DNA from: Cetorhinus maximus
Taxonomy: Eukaryota
Length of the DNA: 64,000 nucleotides
Direction: 5' to 3'
NCBI RefSeq assembly: GCF_964194155.1
Contig: NC_135884.1
Coordinates: 100,502,001 to 100,566,000, forward strand
Shown here: piece by piece, positions 39,918 to 51,229 of the stretch
Layout of the letters: the number at the start of each line of letters is the position of its first letter
Numbering within the stretch: position 1 is the stretch's first letter
Program-made: the position numbers and the translations under genes
Notes under the pieces: model-generated
The model's input: only the letters and a program-made list of their open reading frames with translations
Databases searched by the model: none
What the model was told of the DNA's origin: nothing

Positions 39918-40424
39918 GTAGGTGAATCAACAAATGTACTCCATTTTCCTGATCTGGTGAGGTCATTAAAGCTCTACCAAGATTGCATCTAATTCTTGGC
40001 CACAATTATCCTGCTTACCTCCTCAACCATGCTTTCTTGCTGAGAGCTGCAGGTTTCTTCCTCCTGTGGGGGGATGAGGGCAGAGGGTGGGTGCGGTGGG
40101 AAGTTATGTTCCTCCTGCTCCTGACAGAACCCAACCACCATTCCAATGTTGCATTATTAAATCTGGATGCTGCCCTTGCTCTCTGTTCATTTATCCTAAA
40201 CATCTCCTGGATCCTGCAAATTCCATTTCTTCATTTTCCCTTTAAATAGAATTAGATCACCCCAGGATTGAGTGCAACACACCTGCTGCACAGCTTGGAG
40301 ACACGAAACCCAGAAGTCAAAACATATTCCCTCAATCGAGCTGAAATTAAAGAATACAACCTGCTGACTTGGCCCACCCAATTCTACCTCCCTTCTCAGA
40401 AGTCTTTTTCACATTAATGTCAGG

Positions 40425-40832
40425 GAAATTGCTTTATTTTTCAGCAAAAATGTCCAAATCAAAGTCTCTCAGGAAGTCTCAAAAAGTGTTTCACATTGAA
40501 TAAATAAACTTTTTGATTGTTGCTTTGTCAGCAAATGGCAGTCAATTTGCACATATGAAAATCTCACAACTAATGAGAGAAATGATTAGTAACTTGCTTT
40601 TCATAATGTTATGGGTTATGTAGCTTAGCTATGAGAACTCCCTGCTATTCTTCAGAGAGCATGATAGGATGTTTTACATCCACCTGATTAGATGTTGGCT
40701 TAACATCTCATCCGAAAGTAAGCTCCTACAGCAATGCAGCACTCCACTAAATTGTCAGCCTAGATTGTGGAGTCACACTTTAACTCACAACCTTCCGATT
40801 TAACGTTACTACCAACTAAGCCAAGCTGACAT
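40425..40832 (-). mobile_element. Deu-domain SINE, degenerate, near full length
   Basis: gagaactccctgctattcttc...ttttacatccacctga...taacatctcatccgaaag; tRNA-like head ending aagccaagctgaca. Confidence 0.6.
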
Positions 40833-41157
40833 TAAGGTAACTTTATATTTTATTTTTCAGTGACTGCTTACTGTCACATGACATAAATTGGCAGCAAACC
40901 TCAGCAACAATGATATCAGTTGATTGCAATAATAGAAAATTTATCAGCAGAAATGGAAGATGGACACTTGGAAACAGAAATGCTTACCAATGGGAAAGGA
41001 AGCAAAAAAACACGATGAATAATAATTACGAATTATACCATGGATTATAATACAATCTTTGCAGCAAAGCCTTACCTCTCATACCAAATGTTCCATTACA
41101 CTATTATATAACAAGTTCAGCCATTTTCACTCTTTGGTACCTCAGTAAATTATTTTC

Positions 41158-41551
41158 CTTTAGTCCTTAAGACCTTTAGTCTTTCCACCCCACCCCCACT
41201 AGAGCTGTACTTTGAATATCCTGTCTTGCATTCTTAATTAGCACTTTTCTCAGACAAAGACCACCACCTTCAACACCTCTTTGACCCTTTTGTCTCTGAC
41301 ATCTTTTGATTATCTGCTCACACCACACCCTCAATGTGTCTCTTCCCCCCCACCCACCTTAAACCAATTTATATTTCTCCCTTGTTGAAACTATGCTTCA
41401 GTTCTGCTGAAGGGCCATGAGGGCTCGAAACGTTGACTGATTTCTTCTCCGCCGATGCTGCCAGACTTGCTGAGTTTTTCCAGGTAATTCTGTTTTTATT
41501 TTGTTTTGGATTTCCAGCATCCGCAGTAGCTTTTAGCTTTTTGTTTTTATC
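41158..41551 (+). mobile_element. Penelope 3' UTR/pseudo-LTR insertion with 11-bp TSD
   Basis: aaattattttc at 41147-41157 and 41552-41562; reverse-complement match to 43290-43640. Confidence 0.85.
41398..41440 (+). ncRNA. Minimal hammerhead-like motif (variant core CUGCUGA)
   Basis: UCAGUU-CUGCUGA-A-GGGCC(AUGAG)GGCUC-GAAACGUU-GACUGA. Confidence 0.65.
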
Positions 41552-42684
41552 AAATTATTTTCTTTCCTGTTCTCTTTAGAATTCCTGTGCATGTATCATT
41601 CCCTAAGAGTGGAGAGAGTGAAAGAGGGTGTGCTGGCATAATATGGCAATACATCTATCAGTGTTACTATTTAGATAACCACTGAGCAATGCACTGGAGT
41701 GATTTACCTGCTGATGTTGTCTCCCAAAGAAGTTTCTCAGCTTCACAATGCATGGTTGAATCATCAGTGTGTGCTCAAACTCATTCACAATGCTCTGTTG
41801 GGATACAAACCTACCACATTAGCAGGCTGTCTTTCAGTTTGTTATTCCCTATCTGTATATTTTTAAACCCTGTTGTGCACTCATGATATGTCAGTCAATG
41901 CAATGGACAGACCATTTATAATGCTGCTGTTGGGTCTGTTTACTGAAGGAATATGGGAGCTGTCTGCATTACTTGCCCTCCAATGTTTATCTTCATGCAC
42001 CCGCCCCCCCACACAGCCCCCCTTGGAGTTGTTTCCCTACATTCAGTACCACTGTTGGATGGCAAAGCTAAAACTGACAATTTTTCATAAAATCCCAGAA
42101 GCAATCTACTTTATTGGCCTGTAGTGTAAGCACATACCAACAAAACAATATGGCAGATTTGAGGGTGCAAAGTACAGTTTAATCCAATGTACAAGCCTCT
42201 TTCCTGATCTATTGGATATTTCTGATGAGAACATTATAAGTAGCCAGAACTTGTACTTTTTAGGTCCAGAGTTTGTGCACGGCTCACTTTTGTGCATCAT
42301 ATTGTACACCCCTTACTTATTACCCTCTCAACCACCTTCATCCATAATAACTTGATACCAAAGTATTTTTTTCTCTAATTACTTTGCTTTTAACCTCACT
42401 TTACTTAATTCCATGCTTTTGTTTTTTTTCTTCACATTTTTTTAATCTAGTGTCTTATCTAGCAAGGGACAGAGTGGCAGTAAGGTTGGAACTTGAACAC
42501 ACCACTCAACCCTTTAGCACTGTCTCAAAAACAAGCATTTCCAGTTTGGAGTGCACACTTTGTAATTGAACACGTGTCATACCAGTGAAGGAATTACTTA
42601 GTGCACCATACTTATGAGAGAATAGAAATGTGTTGTGGCACAATTTATATTATTCTGAGGTGTACAATGAACATGACTATCCTG

Positions 42685-42782
42685 GCTCTGAAGAAGAGTC
42701 ATACGGAGTCGAAACATTAAAATCTCTCTCCACAGATGCTGTTAGACCTGCTGAGTTTTTCCAGCATTTTCTGTTTTTGTTG
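42685..42782 (+). mobile_element. 98-bp Penelope pseudo-LTR insertion with 11-bp TSD; hammerhead core CUGAAGA
   Basis: tgactatcctg at 42674-42684 and 42783-42793; CUGAAGA-A-GAGUC(AUACG)GAGUC-GAAAC. Confidence 0.8.
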
Positions 42783-42944
42783 TGACTATCCTGTTATTCA
42801 CTCTAGCCTCCATAATCACAAACGAACATTTCCAAAACTTGATTCTGGATTCAATATTGAGGTCAACAATTTCATACCCTAAACTCCTTGCATGTTTCTG
42901 TTTTTATCTTATTTTTGCTTTCAAAGCAGGTATTTTTTTTTGTT

Positions 42945-43185
42945 TCTTTTCTTGCTCAAACACCATTCCCTTTGGCCTGTAAGACTAACTCTGGTCATTC
43001 AATCTCCCCTGTGTTCCACCCTATTGTTCAAAACCTATTACATCTTCAACTTTTCCCAGTTCTGATGAAGGGTCATCAACCTGAAACAATAACTCTGTGT
43101 CTCTCTCTACAGATACTGTCTGACCTACTGAGTATTTTTCTGCTTTCATTTCAGATTTCCAGCATCCGCAGTATTCTGCTTTTCA
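42945..43185 (+). mobile_element. Older Penelope pseudo-LTR with canonical CUGAUGA core (43062-43068)
   Basis: AGUU-CUGAUGA-AGGGUCAUCAACCU-GAAAC-AAU-AACU; tail cagatttccagcatccgcagta as at 41510-41528. Confidence 0.7.
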
Positions 43186-43288
43186 ATTAATTCTTCAACA
43201 CCCTGTTCCGAAGAACTGGACACTATCCTGTCTGCAGATGAAGTTTGCAGACTTGCTATCTCATGTTGCGCAACCTTTGCATTTCAAT

Positions 43289-44408
43289 ACAAAAACAAAA
43301 ACAGAATTACCTGGAAAAACTCAGCAAGTCTGGCAGCATCGGTGGAGAAGAGAAGAGTTGACGTTTTGAGTCCAATGACCCTTCAACAGAACTGAGTGTA
43401 GTTAGGAGAGGGGTGAAATATAAGCTGGTTTAAGGTGGGGGGTGGGGTGGGGGGAGAGAAGTTGAGGGTGGGGTGGTTGTAGGGATAAGCAAGCAGTGAT
43501 AGGAGCAGAGAATCAAAGGATGTCACAGACAAAAGGATCAAAGAGGTGTTGAAGGTGGTGATATTATCTAAGAGAATGTGCTAATTAAGAATGGATGGCA
43601 GGACACTCAAGGTACAGCTCTAGTGGGGGTGGAGAGGAAAGATTGACAAGGTATTAGTTGTAGATTTAAAAATAATGGAAATAGGTGGGACAAGAAAAAT
43701 CTATATAAATTATTGAAAAAAACAAAAGGGAGGGGGAAGAAACAGGGTGGGGATGGGGGGAGGGAGTTTAAGATCTAAAGTTGTTGAATTCAGTATTCAG
43801 CCCAGAAGGCTGTAAAGTGCCTAGTCGGAAGATGAGGTGCTGTTCCTCTAGTTTGCGTTGGGCTTCACTGGAACAATGCAGCAAGCCAAGGACAGACTTG
43901 TGGGCAAGAGAACAGGGTGGAGTGTTAAAATGGCAAGCGACAGGGAGGTTTGGGTCTTTCTTGCGGACAGACCGAAGGTGTTCTGCAAAGCGGTCGCCCA
44001 GTTTGCGTTTGGTCTCTCCAATGTAGAGGAGACCGCATTGGGAGCAACGAATGCAGTAGACTAAGTTAGGGGAAATGCAAGTGAAATGCTGCTTCACTTG
44101 AAAGGAGTGTTTGGGCCCTTGGACGGTGAGGAGAGAGGAAGTGAAGGGGCAGGTGTTGCATCTTCTGCATGGGCATGGGGAGGTGCCATAGGTGGGGGTT
44201 GAGGAGTAGGGGGTGATGGAGGAGTGGACCAGGGTGTCCCGGAGGGAACGATCCCTACGGAATGCCGCCAGGGGGGGTGAAGGGAAGATGTGTTTGGTGG
44301 TGGCATCATGCTGGAGTTGGCGGAAATGGCGGAGGATGATCCTTTGAATGTGGAGGCTGGTGGGGTGATAAGTGAGGACAAGGGGGACCCTATCATGTTT
44401 CTGGGAGG
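43289..44408 (-). mobile_element. 5'-truncated Penelope-like element (Neptune-type) with GIY-YIG endonuclease and pseudo-LTR
   Basis: EN ORF followed by a 3' UTR matching 41158-41500; hammerhead relic at 43356-43393. Confidence 0.9.
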
Positions 44409-44421
44409 TTCGTACAGGCAT
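43768..44421 (-). CDS. Penelope linker plus GIY-YIG endonuclease ORF (217 aa, uninterrupted; expression unknown)
   Basis: RVPLVLTYHP, Cys linker CPCRRCNTC, LVYCIRCSQCGLLYIGET, R-FAEH, VACHFN, EQHLI, GLN. Confidence 0.7.
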   Translation of the reverse strand: MPVRTSQKHDRVPLVLTYHPTSLHIQRIILRHFRQLQHDATTKHIFPSPPLAAFRRDRSLRDTLVHSSITPYSSTPTYGTSPCPCRRCNTCPFTSSLLTVQGPKHSFQVKQHFTCISPNLVYCIRCSQCGLLYIGETKRKLGDRFAEHLRSVRKKDPNLPVACHFNTPPCSLAHKSVLGLLHCSSEAQRKLEEQHLIFRLGTLQPSGLNTEFNNFRS

Positions 44422-45120
44422 ATGCTAATGATGTCTAGGTGGGCGGACCCACTATGCTAATATAAGGTAGTGGGAACGGACAGCTGCTCTGATGACGGCT
44501 GATATGCAGAGATGAAGGCGCATGCGCAGTAGTACGACGGCCCGTGGCTGGTTCAGAGTTACGCCTGCGCAGTGCAGTGCGTAGTGTGGAGAGCTGAGGC
44601 GCGAGAGCCGGTGTTCAGTTGCTGGAGTGGTCCCGATTGCGGCTTCTCTATGGCAGCAGGAACGGTGAGTTCAGGCTCAGTCACTTTAGGCTGATTTTTT
44701 GATGTCCGTGGGTCAGCCGCCATCTGACGGAGCTGAGGGTGTTCCGGGGAATGAGTTCGAGGCAGCGGCTACGACCGCAGTGATTCACCGGCGGCCCATG
44801 GTACTGATTGGGTTTGATTGGAAGGCGCTCTTGGTCGGTTTGGATACGTTGAGTGGTGGTGGGCGAGTAAGTAGGCAAGGCCCCACCGTTACCGCGGTGA
44901 TCGGAACCCGAGAACCCAACCTGTCCGTAACTCCGGGTCGGGTCTGGGGCTCAGGAGCTCAGGAATGCGACTGGGGTCGAGGGGCTGGGATTTTGGGCAG
45001 GGTGCTTTGTCGGACACGGACTCGCGTTCATGACCACCTCAGTGATGCTGACACCTTAGAGGTAGCGCTCGAGCTGTGGAGTTGGAGGATCAGAAATAAT
45101 TTCAATCCAGACTAGCGGCT
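44410..45120 (+). promoter_or_regulatory. GFOD2: CpG-rich GFOD2 promoter region
   Basis: The clearest CpG-dense non-repeat stretch in the window. GC box at 44441, perfect NRF1 palindrome GCGCATGCGC at 44518-44527, second NRF1-like site at 44562-44571, YY1-like GCCGCCATCT at 44716-44725, two ATGCTAAT octamer-like sites. Confidence 0.75.
44580..44664 (+). other. GFOD2: Putative GFOD2 non-coding exon 1 (start approximate)
   Basis: Consensus donor ACG|GTGAGT at 44664/44665, just downstream of the NRF1 sites. Confidence 0.6.
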
Positions 45121-45884
45121 AGATTCTTATTGTCACTGTTGCTTTCAGGAATGGGAGTTTTAATCTCACTTGCCGAGGAAGACCTGCTTGTGCGTTCAGG
45201 AATGAGCTGTTGGTGTGACTTGGTTAGTGTGTAATACCCTGGTAGGGACTTTTTGTTTTATTAATAATTGGGCAAGATTCAGGAACTTCGCAGAATCGGA
45301 AACTTGAGCAATCTAGTCTAAGTGCAAATTGTGGGAAGAGTGGTTTTGTGGTGCTTCTCAGGAATACATTTACGTGCAGAGTAGTAAAGTTATAATTTTT
45401 TCATGATTTCCATCACGAGGTGTTCTTATCACAGCTAACCATCTAGGATGGTTGCCCGACTGTATTTTATTCTTTGGTATGTTTAGGTTAATTGAGAGTT
45501 GCCTGTTGTAGGGTGTGGAAGATCATAGCTGTGCTGCTGTAAATGTTTTTGTAGGGGACAGAATGTTTTGCTTGTGCAGGTCCTTGCAACTCAGTGTGAC
45601 ATTTTTTATTTTATAATGAAGGCGCTGAAGTAACCTTTCTAATCGCATAAATCAGTTAACTTAAGTAATGCTGGATGTAAAATGACATGAGTGATGAAAT
45701 TTATCAGTTATTACCGTTACAGTACCTTTTTTTCAGAAGTACCAATGGCTTATAAGCCTAATTTTACTTTTCTTTCTTGCACATACCTATTTCTCCTTCC
45801 CCATCATTGGTTAGTTGGTGTTCCTATTACCTACAATTATTAATTCTAAGCATAATGCACTACTGATGGGTCTGATGAAACATT

Positions 45885-46210
45885 AATAGTTAGCTGAGTT
45901 AATTCACCTTAGTCAGAATGGTAATGTTGCTACAGCTGGTCTCAGTGTCCTTGGGTTTCGGAGAAGAACAATCGGTCACAGTTCCCACTCCTGATTGCTG
46001 TCCTCTGATGATTGCTGAAAAATGCTTTTGAATGTTTGTCTGGTGAGGCCAGGATCAGTTGATTCTGTGATGCCTCAGTGGTCAAATAGATGACCAACAT
46101 TCATTGCCCAGACTAGCAGATGGAGAATGACTTTGGAGAGCTCCTGGAGAGTTGCTCTGGTGGCAAAAGCACAACCAGTGTGAGTTGCTTCCTTTAGGAG
46201 AGAAGAACAG
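45885..46210 (+). mobile_element. Old SINE-like repeat (same family as 26480-26870)
   Basis: Mutual reverse-complement similarity with 26480-26870. Confidence 0.45.
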
Positions 46211-46734
46211 CTGAATTGGGAAAATGAATTCTATTTGGGATCCCATTTAAAAAAGATAGCCAGCTATTAAGGTTTTGTGCATTTGTTTCAAATTTTTAAA
46301 AAAATACATTTTTTGTTTAATTACAAGATTTTGATACTAGGGAGGAGAGATTGAATGTGTTATTGAGACTAGTGTGAAAGGGAACTGAATCAGCCACTGC
46401 GTTATTACCCTGAGTGCATTGTTGGCCGAGTGCATTACATTGTCTGAAGTTTTGTGTATTAAACCCTTCTCCTAGGCTGCGAACACCATAATATGCTGTT
46501 TAAATACACAAATGAAGGAAAAAAATGTTTGTGGTGATTTGGTCTTTAGAGTGGTCATAATGAAGAAATCTCTTTTCAGTGCATGCTCTTTGCTCAATGT
46601 AGGTATAGAGTAATAAAAACAATAAAGAAAGGGCTGACTACATTTTTATATCGCTTCTCATGACCATTGGATGTCTCAACGCGCTTTAAAAACCAGTGAA
46701 GCACTTTTGACGTGTAGTTACTGTCGTAATGTAG

Positions 46735-48140
46735 AAAGAGGCATACAATGTTGCAGAGATTAGTGGTTGGCATCGAAGATTAAGAAAATTTGGATGGCTT
46801 AAAAAAAATGGAGAGAGAAAATGGATTGAAATAAACTAGCAAGAAATACAAAAACAGACAGCAAGGGCTTCTACTCAAAAAAATAAAAAGGAAGACAGTA
46901 GTTAAAGTAAAAATTGCTCCCTTACTGAATGAAACAAGGAAATGGCAGAGACTTTGAACAAATATTTTGTATCTGTCTTCACAGTGGAGGATACTAAAAG
47001 CATCCCAATAATAGTAGAAAATCCAGGGCAAAAGGGAACCTATAAAACAGTCACTATCATGAGAGAAAATGTACTAGGAAAGCTAATGGGACTGAAAGCT
47101 TACAAGTCCCCTAGACCTGATGGCCTGTGTCCTCGTGTCTTAACAGAAGTGGTAGCAGAGGTAGTGAATATGGATTCATTGTAATCTTCTAAAATTCCCT
47201 AGATTCTGGAAATGTCCCTGTGGATTGAAAAACTGCAAATGTACACCCCGGATCAAGAAAGGAGGGAGACAAAGCAGGAAACTAAAAGCAAGTTAGTCTA
47301 ACATATGTCACTGGGAAAATGCTTCCTTAGTAATGGAGTCCAGCAGTAGCAGGCCATTTAGAAAATCATAATGCAATCAGGCAGAGTCAGCATGGTTTTG
47401 TGAAAGGTAAATTGTATTTGACAATTTTCTTAAGAGTTCTTTTGAGGAGGCAACATGCAGGGTGGATGTCAAGGAGCCAGTAGTTGTGGTGTATTTGGAT
47501 TTCCAAAAGACATTTGATAAGATGCCACATAAAAGGTTACTGCACAAGGGGCAAGCCCATGGTATTGGGGGTAATATTTTGGAAAGAGGATTGGCTAACT
47601 GACATGAAACAGAGTTGAGATAAATGGGTAATTTCAGGTTCGCAAACTGTAGCTGGTGGGATGCCACAGGGATCACTGCTGGGGGCTCAACTATTTACGA
47701 CCTATATTAATGACTGGGAGGATGGATTTGCTGATGATAGAAAAGTTAATGTAAGAGCAAGTTGTGAGGAGGACAAGAGCTTGCAAATGGATCTAGATAG
47801 GTTAATTGACTGGGCAAAACTTTGACAGATGGAATATAACGTGGGAAAATGTGTGGTTATCCACTTTGGTAGGGAGAATGGAAGAGCAGAATTTTATTTA
47901 AATGGAGGGAGACTACAGAATGCTGCAGTACAGAGGTATATGGGTGACCTCATACACAACACACAAAGTTAACATGCAGGTCCAGCAAATAATTAGGAAG
48001 GCAAATGGAATGTTAGCCTTTATTGCAAGAGGGCTGGGAAGGCCATAGGTATTATGGGATATAGGGCAATGATGGAGATAGGTCAAAGATCAGTCATGAT
48101 GCTGAATGATAGCTAAATGGACTACTCCTGTTCCTATGTT
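46735..48140 (+). mobile_element. Degenerate CR1 ORF2 (RT) fragment with tail
   Basis: MAETLNKYFVSVFTVED, KSPRPDG, DFQK, GMPQGS; collinear with 35400-36760. Confidence 0.8.
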
Positions 48141-49340
48141 TCACTGGCCATTTTTGCTGACCTATATTAGCTTATGGTCCTGTAACACTTTTTTTCATCC
48201 TTATTTCAAATCCCTCCATGCTCTGCCCTGCCTAACTCTCTGACCTCCTCTTGTCTGACAACAACCCTTGGGGAATGTGCACCCCTCTAATTCTACAACC
48301 ATTATTTTATTTGCTCCACTACTAGCGTTTGTTCCTTTAGCTGCCTGGTCTCTAGTCTTTGACATTCTTTCCCTAAGCCTCTGCCTTTTTACCCCTCTCC
48401 TCTAAGATATTCCTAAAAATCTGCTACCTCTTTGACCAACTTTGGCCACCTGTCTGTGTTATGTGTCTCTGTGTCAAATTTTGTTTGTTAGCATTCCCAT
48501 GATACACCTTGGAACATTTTACTTCAGTTGTCTTCACTATTTTTAAAGCAAGTGCCATCTTAGTTAAAAAAAACCTGCAGTGTGAGAGCCACATCGACTA
48601 ATAAATTATCATTGCTTACTACTCCAGTAACTCACTTGGGCCAAAAAAATACACAACACCAATGATTGAATACTCTGCTAGTTCTATGGTGGTTGCTATA
48701 GTAATATAACTGTTACTATACAGCGCACATACTTGGATGTACTTATTGGCACACATTGTACCATGTGGTCAATGTGACATGTAAAGAAAGCTGACTTTTG
48801 ATAGGCTCAGTACACATTTTTAATGTTAAAAATAAAATAAATAGGAATATAATGCTGGATTGGGCTCCAGCTCGCCATGGCCCTCTGAGGATAAAGTGGT
48901 TACTGAAAATGGATGGAAGGAGTTAGAGAGCTGCACTTAGTGTCGCTGGGAGCTGCCAATGGCTTGAGGGCCTTGCAATGAAGAACACTCTTTTACTGCA
49001 TTAAAGGTGCTATGTAAATGCAAGCTGTGCACATTAAGTGAAATGTCAGCAGTGGCTGATTTAGTGATGAAGCAAATTGTCTAATTTAACTTGTGATGGA
49101 TTTACAAGTGTTTTTGGTTGAACATCAGATTGCTATAGCTTTTATAATCCACAGCTGGATCGATCAGTGGAATCTCATCCACTTTCTATCAGACAGGCAG
49201 GAGCTTAATTTTCATTTGCATAGATTTTAATGTTGTTGTATTTGAAAGGGTATACTCCAAGGAAAACTGTTCACATGGCAATGTTTACATTATCTGTATT
49301 TGTAACTCTTTCGAGTACATTCACAGTTCTTGGTTTTCCG

Positions 49341-49409
49341 GGAGTGGGACATGAACCCACAACCTTCTGATTCAAAGGTGAGGGTGCTATGAACTGAGCC
49401 ACAGCTGAC
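49341..49409 (-). mobile_element. tRNA-derived SINE head fragment
   Basis: The reverse complement gtcagctgtggctcagtt..agcacc..tcagaaggttgtgggttcatgtcccactcc has A-box- and B-box-like motifs. Confidence 0.65.
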
Positions 49410-49427
49410 GCCTCTATCTGTATTTAT

Positions 49428-49685
49428 TGGACAGTGAGCAAGAGTGGGTCGAGTGCACAAAGCTCAAGAAATCCTCTTGCAGGAACATGCCTCCATAATA
49501 TACAATTATGCTACTGCTATAGCAAGTTAAAACACTTACCCCTTTCTACTATCTGTATTTGTAGTAGAAAGGGGTAAGTGTTTTAACTTGCTATAGCAGT
49601 AGCACAATTGTATATTATGGAGGCATGTTCCTGCAAGAGGATTTCTTGAGCTTTGTGCACTCGACCCACTCTTGCTCACTGTCCA
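49428..49685. repeat. 124-bp inverted repeat with 10-nt spacer
   Basis: 49428-49551 is the reverse complement of 49562-49685 except for one mismatch (A49508/C49605). Confidence 0.97.
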
Positions 49686-50119
49686 GTTTCCTGAAAAATC
49701 ATGACACTTCCCCAGCTGTTAGCAGCTAGAACATTAGGTTCTGAGTAAAACGCAAGTCGTTAACCATCATTACACACAATTGTAGAAATGGACAATAGTG
49801 TGGAAAGAGCAATGAAGAAAGTGATCAGCTATAGATAAGTAGGCAAGTTAAAATCTGACAGCATTTGTAATAAGTGGAGTATTTCAAATTGTAAGGGATA
49901 TATTCCCATATTTGTGGGAAGGATGACAGTGACTACCTAAGAAAATCAATGAAAAGTAAAAGATTACTTTACCAGCTTTATCTCTAAAACACTGCTAAAT
50001 TCTAAGACAGTTGAGCTATTTCACCAATATTATGGTGGGTGAGCCAGAACTTCAACATAGGCAAGACTAAAACCATCCTATTTGGCTCCCAGAATTTCTA
50101 CAGCCAAGCTTCCAGATTT

Positions 50120-51130
50120 TTTTTTAAAATGTATTCGTTCATCCCATGCATTTATTGCCCATCCCTAACTGTCCTTGAGAAGCTGTCTTCTTGAACCACT
50201 GCAGCCCCTGAGTTATAGGAACATTCAAAGTGCTGTTAGGAAAGGAGTTCCAGGAGTTTGACCCAGCAACAACGAAGGAATGCTGATATAGATCCAAAAA
50301 AGGATGGTGTATGGCTTGGAGAGGAACTTCCAGGCGGTGGTGTTCCCATGCATCTGCTACCCTTGTCCTTCTAGGTGGTAGATGTCGTAGGTTTGGAAGG
50401 TACTGTGGAAGGAGCCTTGGTGGGTTGCTGCAGTGCATCTTATAGATGGTACACACTGCTGCCACTATGTGTCAGTGGTAGAGGGAAGGAATGTTGAAGG
50501 TGATGGATGGGGTGCCAATCAAGTGGGTTGCTTTGTCCTAGATGGTGTCAAGCTTCTTGAGTGCTGTTGGAGCTGCAATTATCCAGCCAGACAAGTAGGG
50601 GGAGTTTTCCATCACACTCCTGACTTGTGCCTTGTAGATGGTGGACAGGCTTTGGGGAGTCAGGAAGTGAGTTACTTACCGCAGGATTCATAGCCTCTGC
50701 TCTTTTGTCCATGTTTGAACCGAGGCTGTAATGAGGCAGGAGCTGAGTGACTCTGGCAGAGCCCACACTTGTGTCAGTGAGTAGGCACCACTCAATGGCA
50801 CTGTCAATGAAACCTTGCATCACTTTGTTGCTGATTGAGACTAGACTGTTAAGTTGGCAATTGGCCCGGTTAGATTTGTCTTGGTCTTTGTGGGCAGGAC
50901 ATATCTGGGCAATTTTCCACATTGTCAGGTAGATGCCAGTGTTGGAGTTGTACTGGGTCAGTTTGACTCGGGGTGCGGCTGGTTCTGGAGCACAAGTCTC
51001 CAGTACTGTTGCCAGAATGTTGTCAGGGCCCATAGCCTTTGCAGTATCCAGTGCCTTCAGTCTTTCTTGATATCATGTGGAGTCAATTAAATTGGCTGAA
51101 AACTGGCATCTGTGATGCTGGGTACTTCAT
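50120..51130 (-). mobile_element. Family B LINE with internal deletions
   Basis: 3' tail at about 50140; sequence jumps at about 50695 to N-terminal RT (GPDNILATVLETCAPE, WKIAQICP). Confidence 0.8.
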
Positions 51131-51229
51131 GAGGTCCACCTTTTCACCCAGTTGCTGGCTCAGACTTAACCTGATGTGCAACTTAATCTTTTTAACCTTT
51201 TTTTCTATTTGTTCTTTAATATGGGTGAC

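Noticed and set aside
14581-43393. Dispersed near-identical short repeats as a CRISPR array
   Set aside because: Eukaryotic context, kilobases apart, no spacers or cas genes; they are Penelope pseudo-LTR fragments.
44489-44520. CTGATGA in the promoter as a hammerhead or C/D box
   Set aside because: No stem II plus GAAA and no terminal stem or D box arrangement.
44699-45115. 138-aa ORF in the CpG-rich region
   Set aside because: Lies in intron 1 after the donor site; GC-rich DNA gives long chance ORFs; no homology recognised.
48850-48922. Possible V-SINE-type 3' tail (gggctccagctc...ggataaagtggttactgaaaatggatgga)
   Set aside because: Too short and isolated to classify by eye.
49341-49409. 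tRNA gene
   Set aside because: A/B-box-like motifs are present but there is no complete cloverleaf; it matches a SINE head.
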